From Syntrophorhabdaceae bacterium (lineage in GTDB: Bacteria > Desulfobacterota > Syntrophorhabdia > Syntrophorhabdales > Syntrophorhabdaceae): a stretch of DNA of 64,000 nucleotides. The notes under the pieces were generated by a model. The model ran no database searches, was not told the origin of the DNA, and worked only from the letters and a program-made list of their open reading frames with translations. Position 1 is the stretch's first letter. Each line of letters begins with the position of its first letter. The position numbers and the translations under genes were made by a program. Of the stretch, positions 38,518 through 46,232 are shown one piece after another. The stretch lies in NCBI GenBank assembly GCA_963666485.2, contig CAXXUO010000003.1:128001-192000 (forward strand). The letters run 5' to 3'.

Positions 38518-39493
38518 ATCCTTCTTCCTCTTCCATTTTCCGTATGTCTTTGATGTGCAAATGCTGCTTTATGATGAATATGAAACCGAGGATGTTGTAC
38601 GGGATGTACCATGACGCGTGAAAGAAGATCGCGACTGCGAAGGCTTCGTACTTCGGCACCCCGAAAATGCCGAGCAGCGTGACCAGGAGAAACTCGTACA
38701 CGCCGATATACCCGGGTGACGACGGGACGGCGAGGCCCATTTGGAGGATGGCGCACACGAAGGGCACGTAGGCGAAGGGCAGTGACACCCCGAAAGTCTT
38801 CAGTGAGAAATAAAGGGCCATTGCCATGGAGAACCAGTTGGCAAGGGTGAGGACGACGAAAAGGGAAAGCCTGCCCGGCGTTCGGATGCGGCGCAGGTTT
38901 TCGTGTATCTCCGAGATCCGTTTCGCCAGTTTATTGAGTAGCGGCTTCGGGTGGCGGTGCAGGTAGCCGGTGATCGTTTCGGCGACTTTCTCCTGGCTTA
39001 TCGCGAAAAGCATCAGGACGCAGATGGAAAAGATGACGACCAGGGCGTACAAAGCCTTTGATACGAAAGCGGGAAGGGCCTGGCCGGGAAAGAAAATAAA
39101 CGTGATCAGGAGGAGCCCCAGAAGGTCGAACACCCGGTCGATGAAAACCGTAGATACGGCGTATGTGAAGGGGACGCCTATGCGCTTCGACAGGGCATAC
39201 CCCCGTGCCACCTCGCCGATGCGGGCCGGCAGTACGTTGTTGATGAAAAGGCCGATGAGAAGGGCCATGAACGCGTCCGGGAAGCGTGTGTTGTAGCCGA
39301 CCACCCGCATCCATCTCAAGGTACACAATGAAATGGAGGTCATGATGAAGACAAGGGGAAGGAAGGCGTACGCTATATCGGCCCGCTTTATCGTTTCGGC
39401 AAACTGACGGTAGTCGATACCCCGCAGCGAAAGATACAGAAGAATGATGCTGATAATGAATCCGGCAATTGTAAAAAGTCTGTGCTTTTTCAT
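38516..39493 (-). CDS. Lysylphosphatidylglycerol synthase TM / flippase-like protein (UPF0104)
   Basis: LRW, NNVLPARIGEVAR, DRVFD, PSSPGYIGVYE. Confidence 0.9.
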   Translation of the reverse strand: MKKHRLFTIAGFIISIILLYLSLRGIDYRQFAETIKRADIAYAFLPLVFIMTSISLCTLRWMRVVGYNTRFPDAFMALLIGLFINNVLPARIGEVARGYALSKRIGVPFTYAVSTVFIDRVFDLLGLLLITFIFFPGQALPAFVSKALYALVVIFSICVLMLFAISQEKVAETITGYLHRHPKPLLNKLAKRISEIHENLRRIRTPGRLSLFVVLTLANWFSMAMALYFSLKTFGVSLPFAYVPFVCAILQMGLAVPSSPGYIGVYEFLLVTLLGIFGVPKYEAFAVAIFFHASWYIPYNILGFIFIIKQHLHIKDIRKMEEEEG

Positions 39494-40371
39494 TTTGTAT
39501 AATTGGTTATGTAAATTCCGCCGCATACCATAGCGAGTCCTGCTATAAGGCCGAGCGTGACCTGCTCATGTTGTATAAGGACGGCAAACAGCACGCCGAA
39601 AACGGGGGTCAAAAAAGTAAAAGCCGACAGTCTCGCAACGGGATAATCGTGGATCAGTTTAAACCATGCAAAATACGAAATAAAGGCGATGATCACCGAC
39701 TGGAAAACGAGAGAGCCTATTTCGGGCGCTCCGGGCGCCTTGATCCATTGGGATTCCAGGAAATAGGAGCACAGGAAGAGGACGGGTACCGAGAAAACAA
39801 GCTGGTAAAGGAATGTATTGATCGGATGCATCTTCACGGCAAGATATTTTTTTATGTAAAGGGTCGTTGCGCCCCAGATAAAAGCCGCAGCGATCTCGAG
39901 CAGGTCCCCGGTCAACATGGCACGGTTGTAATGCGGTGGTTTCCCGTAGAAGACGCTTACGAGTCCGCCGAATGCGAGTACCAGGCCCGCCCATTTGAGG
40001 AGATTCAAACGTTCGCCGAGAAATAAATGGGCGCCTGCAGCAACGACAAAAGGTGAGAGATAGACGAAGATCACCGCCCGTGCGGCATCGGTGAAGAGCA
40101 TGCCAAGGTACAGGAACGCGAACTCGAGGCCGAACAGTATCCCGACGACGAGTCCGTGGACGAGGAGCATGCCGCGATGGTACAGGCTCTGCCGTATCAC
40201 GAGGCAGTACCCGATACCCAGAAGGGAGGCTATGATGGACCGGACAAAGGACGTGAATATAGGGGAAAATCCCGCGTTCGTGATCTTGATGGCGGAGTAA
40301 TTCGATCCCCACAGGAGGGTGATAACCAGAATGGCTATAAATCCCTTTATATCGATATGGTCGGTTTTCAT
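39490..40371 (-). CDS. DMT/EamA family transporter
   Basis: Two EamA repeats (LWG, SPF..LGE, LTPVFG). Confidence 0.92.
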   Translation of the reverse strand: MKTDHIDIKGFIAILVITLLWGSNYSAIKITNAGFSPIFTSFVRSIIASLLGIGYCLVIRQSLYHRGMLLVHGLVVGILFGLEFAFLYLGMLFTDAARAVIFVYLSPFVVAAGAHLFLGERLNLLKWAGLVLAFGGLVSVFYGKPPHYNRAMLTGDLLEIAAAFIWGATTLYIKKYLAVKMHPINTFLYQLVFSVPVLFLCSYFLESQWIKAPGAPEIGSLVFQSVIIAFISYFAWFKLIHDYPVARLSAFTFLTPVFGVLFAVLIQHEQVTLGLIAGLAMVCGGIYITNYTK

Positions 40372-40536
40372 TATAATAATGACCCATGTTTTATAAGGAT
40401 AACCGAATTATGTCAAGCAAATTAACTCCTTGATATATAAGGCCTGGAATGGCATTGACAGAGGGTTTTCCTTGACAATCAGATAGGATATTTGTTTCTA
40501 TTTAACAGCAAAATCAAGATCAACACGGAGCTTTCG

Positions 40537-41523
40537 ATGAAAAAAACTGCAATTGTCGGGACGGGTTCTTTCGTGCCTGAACATATCATGACAAATTTCG
40601 ATATTGAGAAATTCCTCGACACGACAGACGAGTGGATATTCACCCGGACAGGCATCAAAGAGCGAAGGATCGCAGATAAGGACGAGGCCACGTCCGACCT
40701 TTGCAAGGTGGCATCCGAGCGGGCCCTCGAGACCGCAGGCATGAAGGCGGAGGATATCGACCTCCTTATCCTGGCGACGATCACCCCCGACACGCATTGC
40801 CCGGCAGGTTCCAACTGGCTCGAGGCGAAACTGGGATGCACCAACGCCGTGTCCTTTGACGTGACCGCGGCATGCTCCGGTTTTCTTTTTGCACTCCATG
40901 TTGCGGACAACATGATAAAGTCAGGTGCCAACAAGAGAGCGCTTGTCGTCGCCGGCGAGATCATGAGCCGGGTGGTAAACTGGAAAGAGCGGGAAAGCTG
41001 TATCCTGTGGGGCGATGGCGCCGGTGCGGCCGTCGTTACAGAGTCGGATAACGGTGCCCGGATCATGTCGACGCATATCCACACAGACGGGCCGGCCGGC
41101 GATACGCTCCTCATGCCCGGCGGCGGGTCGAAAACAACGCCGATCTCCTATGAGAGCGTCGACAAGGGCCTTCATTTCCTCAAGATGATAGAGGCCAATA
41201 AATCATTCAAGGTTGCCGTTACACGCTTCGCTGAGGCAAGCGAGGAAGCCGCTGCAGCCAATGGCTACACGATCGAAGACGTCGACCTTATCATCCCTCA
41301 CCAGGCGAACCTGAGGATACTCCAGGGAGTCGCAAAGAAGCTCGCCGTCCCGATGGAAAAGATCTACATGACGATCCAGAAATACGGAAACATCTCATCA
41401 GCAACCGTTCCGATAGCCCTTGACGAAGCCGTCCGTGACGGCTCTATCAAAAAGGGCTCGCTGGTACTGCTCACCGCGTTCGGCGGAGGGCTTACCTGGG
41501 GCTCGAGCCTCCTGCGCTGGTAA
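40537..41523 (+). CDS. fabH: 3-oxoacyl-ACP synthase III
   Basis: RTGIKERR, AACSGF, PHQAN, YGNISSA, FGGGLTWG. Confidence 0.95.
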   Translation: MKKTAIVGTGSFVPEHIMTNFDIEKFLDTTDEWIFTRTGIKERRIADKDEATSDLCKVASERALETAGMKAEDIDLLILATITPDTHCPAGSNWLEAKLGCTNAVSFDVTAACSGFLFALHVADNMIKSGANKRALVVAGEIMSRVVNWKERESCILWGDGAGAAVVTESDNGARIMSTHIHTDGPAGDTLLMPGGGSKTTPISYESVDKGLHFLKMIEANKSFKVAVTRFAEASEEAAAANGYTIEDVDLIIPHQANLRILQGVAKKLAVPMEKIYMTIQKYGNISSATVPIALDEAVRDGSIKKGSLVLLTAFGGGLTWGSSLLRW

Positions 41524-41565
41524 CGGTTTACATTTGAAATAAAAATATTTAGAATAATCAATCCC

Positions 41566-41655
41566 GGAGGGATGGCTGAGCGGCCGAAAGCGGCGGTCTT
41601 GAAAACCGTTGGGCATGCAAGTGCCCCGTGGGTTCGAATCCTACTCCCTCCGCCA
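41566..41655 (+). tRNA. tRNA-Ser(TGA)
   Basis: GGAGGGA/TCCCTCC acceptor, GCGGT-CTTGAAA-ACCGT anticodon arm, long variable arm, encoded CCA. Confidence 0.97.
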
Positions 41656-41674
41656 GTACGACCAATTCGAACCC
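41630..41674. other. Putative attL site of the serine integrase
   Basis: GGGTTCGAAT (41630-39) and ATTCGAACCC (41665-74) form a perfect inverted pair centred on the discriminator G41652. Confidence 0.65.
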
Positions 41675-43308
41675 TTGTGCTCATCATCGAGGAGTGCAAG
41701 GGTTTTTATTTTTGTATGAGCCACGTAGTGAGGCTTGAATTCGGAAATGTAGGGAATGTTCTGTTCTTTATCGACTTTAGGTTCCAGGTGGATAGTTCCC
41801 AGCAACTCTCTGAGTGCCTCCGCGGATAACGGAGTATTTTGGTTCAGGGTTTCCCTGAGGTTATTCAATCTGTGATCAATCCACTCTCGTGGGGGCGCCG
41901 TAAAGGTGTTAGTTTTCTGGTATTCCATTGAACAGATCTCTTCTTGTAGTATATCGGACCGTACTTCTGCCTGCTTCAATGCCTCAGAAACGGCTTTTGA
42001 GAAGTTACCTGCTTTGATATAGTTGAGGTAATTCTGGATTTCGGATACGAGTTTATCGTACTGTAGTTTCTTCTTTTTTATCAAATCAGGGACATTATTT
42101 AGTTCCTTCATGGCAACCTTTTCTATATTGTTGTAAATGTATTCAAGGTTTTCTGCGGTAAGTATTCGTTCCTGCAGCTCTGTTATGATCGTTTCTTCCA
42201 AACGTTTTCGTGGAACGAGGAGGTGATTGGCACACATTTTACGTTTTGCGTTATAACAGCCGTAATACCCGCTTCCTTTACCGCTTAGGAGTACTATGGG
42301 CCCTTCGCACAGAGAGCATCTCATGAGTCCTGAGAATAAATACGTTGGAGTCGCATGGATATAGCTCCTCTGGGGAAGGCGCCCCTTTTCGTGTTTTCGG
42401 ACGGGCCAGGTTTTGTCGATAGCCTTCCATCTTTCCTGCGCCTTTTTCCATGTTTCATTATCGATGATCACGAGGTCGTCCCTGTAGGTCTTCATTTGTT
42501 CGTTTTCTGGTCGAGGTACCCTTCTTATCTGTCCGGTTACAGGGTCACGAACAATCTTCCCCTTTCGCCATACCCATTCCCCTATATATTTGTCATTCTT
42601 CAATATTCTGCTCAGGGTCGAAACGTTCCATCCACCAAAAAGGCGTCGTTTCGTTGGGATCTTGTCCTTGTTGAGTGACTCGGCTATCCTGGCTAAACTT
42701 TTGCCACGTATAAAGTCCTGATAAATGCGCTCAACGATATCTGCTTCTTCAGGATGTATTTTGTGTACCATGCCTTCGTATTTTGGCTTTCCTCTTTTGT
42801 TGAGTTTTACTTCGCCAACAGGTTGTGTGTGATAGCCATATACCGTCTCCCCGGCACTAAAACCACGGATCTTTTGCCCTTCGAGGCCGCGCATTGTTCT
42901 TTTCTTGAGGTCGTCAAGGTAAAGTTCGTTGATAAAACCTCTTATATGAATACTTAGTTTCGAATTATCATCGTCAGTAACGATTCCATCTGAAACAGAT
43001 ACGATTGTGACCTGATGGTAACTGAAACTAAGGACCATCGTAAGCATCTGATGGTTGTTCCTCGAAAGTCTTGATAGATCGTCTACGATGACAGCATCTA
43101 TCTCTTTGTTTTCCACTGCTTTTTGCAGTGCCTGTAGCCCGGGACGGTTGATGACCGATCCAGAGATCGCCTCATCGATAAATATATTCGCTTCTTCCAA
43201 AGACATATCGTGTTCATAAATGTACTTTTTACAAACGCGGACCTGGTCATCTATACTTTTTTCGCTTTGATTTTCGGAAGAATATCTAGCATATATAGCT
43301 GCTCTCAT
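41641..43308 (-). CDS. Large serine recombinase (integrase)
   Basis: YARYSS catalytic motif, DDLSRLSR, recombinase domain, CSLC..YYGC..C zinc ribbon, coiled coil. Confidence 0.96.
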   Translation of the reverse strand: MRAAIYARYSSENQSEKSIDDQVRVCKKYIYEHDMSLEEANIFIDEAISGSVINRPGLQALQKAVENKEIDAVIVDDLSRLSRNNHQMLTMVLSFSYHQVTIVSVSDGIVTDDDNSKLSIHIRGFINELYLDDLKKRTMRGLEGQKIRGFSAGETVYGYHTQPVGEVKLNKRGKPKYEGMVHKIHPEEADIVERIYQDFIRGKSLARIAESLNKDKIPTKRRLFGGWNVSTLSRILKNDKYIGEWVWRKGKIVRDPVTGQIRRVPRPENEQMKTYRDDLVIIDNETWKKAQERWKAIDKTWPVRKHEKGRLPQRSYIHATPTYLFSGLMRCSLCEGPIVLLSGKGSGYYGCYNAKRKMCANHLLVPRKRLEETIITELQERILTAENLEYIYNNIEKVAMKELNNVPDLIKKKKLQYDKLVSEIQNYLNYIKAGNFSKAVSEALKQAEVRSDILQEEICSMEYQKTNTFTAPPREWIDHRLNNLRETLNQNTPLSAEALRELLGTIHLEPKVDKEQNIPYISEFKPHYVAHTKIKTLALLDDEHKGSNWSYWRRE

Positions 43309-43484
43309 CGAGAATCTTCCTTGTCATAGAAGAGCGTAGGGTGAGTTCTCACGGTCTTTATGTAATCGTTCATCAGGATGAGGACTATGACATCAAGAAG
43401 CTTCTGAACGGAGGCATTGTCAGACCATGAGCAATCACGTTCCGTATTTTCTTCGTTCGTCTTTATAGTGGTTGGTAGTGTCAT
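43305..43484 (-). CDS. 59-aa ORF coupled to the integrase (candidate directionality factor)
   Basis: Open frame MTLPTTIK...KEDSR; stop overlaps the integrase ATG (ATGA); AAGGA upstream. Confidence 0.65.
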   Translation of the reverse strand: MTLPTTIKTNEENTERDCSWSDNASVQKLLDVIVLILMNDYIKTVRTHPTLFYDKEDSR

Positions 43485-43559
43485 TAGTCCTTGCCCTTAT
43501 GCCAGCAAGGGTATATAGTACCTTCAAGAGGTATAATGTAATTATATATTATAAGGTAT

Positions 43560-43588
43560 ATTATATTACCAATTGGGTATATTGTCAA
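43560..43588 (-). promoter_or_regulatory. Consensus sigma70 promoter facing the small ORF and integrase
   Basis: TTGACA-17 nt-TATAAT on the minus strand. Confidence 0.8.
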
Positions 43589-43614
43589 GTTTTTGTTGTG
43601 CTAAGGGAAAACTA

Positions 43615-43818
43615 GTGGATAAGAAGAAATTGGGAAAGAAGATTAGACTAGCGCGGATCGAGTGCGATCTAAATCAGACTCAATTGGCAGAAAAAATTGG
43701 TGCCACGCAGAAAAGTATATCACGTTATGAATCAGGTGCTTCGTTGCCATCACTTGTAACATTAATGAAGATCTCAAACACCCTTGGAAAACCGGCAAGC
43801 TATTTTCTGGATGATTAA
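43615..43818 (+). CDS. XRE-family HTH regulator (GTG start)
   Basis: LGKKIRLAR...LNQTQLAEKIGATQKSISRYESG. Confidence 0.92.
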   Translation: MDKKKLGKKIRLARIECDLNQTQLAEKIGATQKSISRYESGASLPSLVTLMKISNTLGKPASYFLDD

Positions 43819-43969
43819 GTGGACCATAATAATTCAATCCTTGTTTTCAAAATGTGTGCAATTATCAATTGCAAGGGATATTAATTCTCGTCAGGAAAAG
43901 GCAAATATTGGTTGCAATTAAGGTTACAATATCGGTAAGTCATTATCAGCAGAGAAGCACAACCGCACA

Positions 43970-44017
43970 TTGGATATCGAATCCAAAGGTTAGAGGTTCG
44001 ATCCCTCTCGGGCGCGC
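43970..44017 (+). pseudogene. 3' half of a tRNA-Arg-like gene (att remnant)
   Basis: TTGGA-TATCGAA-TCCAA arm, AGAGG-TTCGATC-CCTCT T-arm, CGGGCGCG acceptor strand; no 5' half. Confidence 0.75.
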
Positions 44018-44396
44018 TTAGTTTTACGGGTTTTCAGGTTTTGCTTCCCCTACACTATCCCCTACAATCGGGACAATAAAATGCCCCAGGTCTCCCGGGG
44101 GCGACTCCGCAGCTGCGTCCTGATTGGGTATTTCACCTGGTGCATATCGCGCCGCACAGAATCGCACAAATTATGGCCGCAATGATCAAAATCGTTACTT
44201 TAGCCGACATAATTAAACCGTCAAAATTCAGTTTTTTGTTGATTTAATTATATTTTGACAAAGTACATTAATAATCGCAATAGAAAAATATTTGTTTCAT
44301 CAATAAAAACAGCCTCTTTCTACCATAGTTTATCTACCAGTGATTTTGTAAGAATGTCGGGCAATGATATAATTTTTCCTGACAAGGGGGGCTTTA

Positions 44397-44588
44397 ATGT
44401 CCAATCATAAACAAGAAAACGATACTGCCATTACCTGCCCGTTTTGTAAACGGGATGTACGTGTAATTCCGTTTGGCAACAGATTTATCGGGGTTTGCTG
44501 TAATAGAATTGCCTTTGTCAGCGCCCAGGTCCCTTTGGCGAGATCCGGGGAAGCCGCAGGGACACCTTCAGCTCGAGAATCCAGTTAG
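44397..44588 (+). CDS. Small Cys-rich hypothetical protein
   Basis: CPFC...CC motif; purine-rich RBS AAGGGGG. Confidence 0.45.
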   Translation: MSNHKQENDTAITCPFCKRDVRVIPFGNRFIGVCCNRIAFVSAQVPLARSGEAAGTPSARESS

Positions 44589-44832
44589 ACTAAAGAAATA
44601 CATCTTACAAGTGAAGGACTGATCGGCCGGATCGGAGCAAAATGTCCCGTTATCTAAATACGGCACCGCATTACGTGATTACTCTAGATGATCATACGCC
44701 GCACGAGAGCAACTGGGACGTCGATGTCACCTTTCAGGTATTCCGGAAGATGCTGGCGAAACTTTAAGAGTCCATTTTCATGGATTATTTGCCGAAAAAT
44801 GCTCCGAAATACGGCGAAAAGCCCTCTATTCC

Positions 44833-45120
44833 TCATGTTTCCTCAACACGTCCATTGGAAAGAATTTTAGCGACGAAGGGGCGATCATGATTTTTGATAA
44901 ATTTCTGCATACGTTTCCAGGCGCTAGTAATCATTGTAACAAGATCCTCAGCATTTTTACCTTTATGAGACGTTATGATGAAAGCCCCCACGCCATGTCT
45001 GACGAGAGCGGCCTTCACAGGAGGCTTCCTATGAAAATCGCTGTCTTTTGACAGGAGATAACATTCTGGATGCCGGGACAAAACGCGCAAGACTTCTTCA
45101 TCGGAAACACCGCGAGCCAT
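44833..45120 (-). pseudogene. N-terminally truncated PIN-like (VapC45-type) toxin fragment
   Basis: SDEEVL...LLSKDSDF...GVGAFI...RPF pattern; N-terminal acidic strand and antitoxin absent. Confidence 0.6.
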
Positions 45121-45239
45121 AATGTCGCCTTCTGGGCTTCTCAGCCGAGATCCTTGCCGATGACCCAGAATTTCATTGGGATATCACCATATTATTGATA
45201 TTCTGTTGTAAATTTTGAGTTTGTCTGGTTCTCTCATAG

Positions 45240-45570
45240 GCTAGGAGTCTTTCTGGCCACGATAATGAAGCCGTTTCGCGCCACCCCGGCATCAGCTATC
45301 GTCTCGTCATTTATCGCTTCGCTAAAACCCAAGTATCACCGGGATGTCGGATCTGATCCCGCTCAGCCCTCGGGTAAATTCAAGGCCGGATATTCCCGGC
45401 ATGGAATGATCGGTAATCATCAGCCTATACTTTTGTGGGTTCTTTGCGAAGAACCCAGTGCTTCGACCGGATCTAAAAGCCTGTTACGTCATACCCCTGT
45501 CTCATAAGAATTTGTTTCATGGATTCAACGATCATTTCTTCATCATTTACCAAAAATATCCTGCCATCTT
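45240..45570 (-). pseudogene. Frameshifted response-regulator receiver domain
   Basis: Across frames: RIFLVNDEEMIVES..GYDV / DPVEAL / LMITDHSMPGISGLEF..DIPVIL. Confidence 0.75.
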
Positions 45571-45821
45571 CTTTTGGAACGATGGGTGCGGGGCAGACCT
45601 TCTGTGTCCTCTGATATATCACCTTTATAAAATGGCGAAAAAATCCGGAAGGTGCTGCCCGTCAATTCTTGAAATTCCGCCTTTTCTGCGCCGGTTCGTT
45701 TTCCTGTTGACGCCGAGCGGGAATTCTGCTTTTAATTAGAAAAATGACAGGTCGTTTTACGTAACATCGACATGTCCTTCCTCTTCAGGCTTATTGAACT
45801 CTAACTTTTTGGCAGTGAATT

Positions 45822-46151
45822 ATGACCAGGCGACTGATCGGCAAGAAGCATTATAATTCTCTCCTCTATACATGCGTTATTTTTTGTATCGCCGCAGTCT
45901 TTCTCGTTTCGGCCTTAACAGTCGAACGTGAGCGAGATCATACCGGCCGCGCGAATACCTACATTCTCACGTTCCTGGAAACCGGGACGGAGATTATCAA
46001 TCCCTCCTGTGATGCTATTCCCGACATCATACTCAGCATAGCTCCCAAATTAGTGGCCGCTTTACCCGCAACCGAACCCGTAAGCAAGCGGCTCATATTC
46101 TTTCATTATTTTCGCGGCCCCCCCTCAACACCCTGTAGTCCGAAGCACTAA
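45822..46151 (+). CDS. Small membrane-anchored leader protein with a C-terminal RGPP motif
   Basis: N-terminal hydrophobic helix; HYFRGPP eight residues from the end; 81 bp before the RND gene. Confidence 0.65.
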   Translation: MTRRLIGKKHYNSLLYTCVIFCIAAVFLVSALTVERERDHTGRANTYILTFLETGTEIINPSCDAIPDIILSIAPKLVAALPATEPVSKRLIFFHYFRGPPSTPCSPKH

Positions 46152-46232
46152 TACCTACGAATATTTTTCATAGAGCAGCGTTGCAATTAACGCTCGTTTG
46201 GCGTTCAGCGCCTGCAAGGACAAGGGTGGACC

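Noticed and set aside
41572..41829. ORFs overlapping the tRNA genes (also 12811-13059)
   Set aside because: Translations of tRNA sequence
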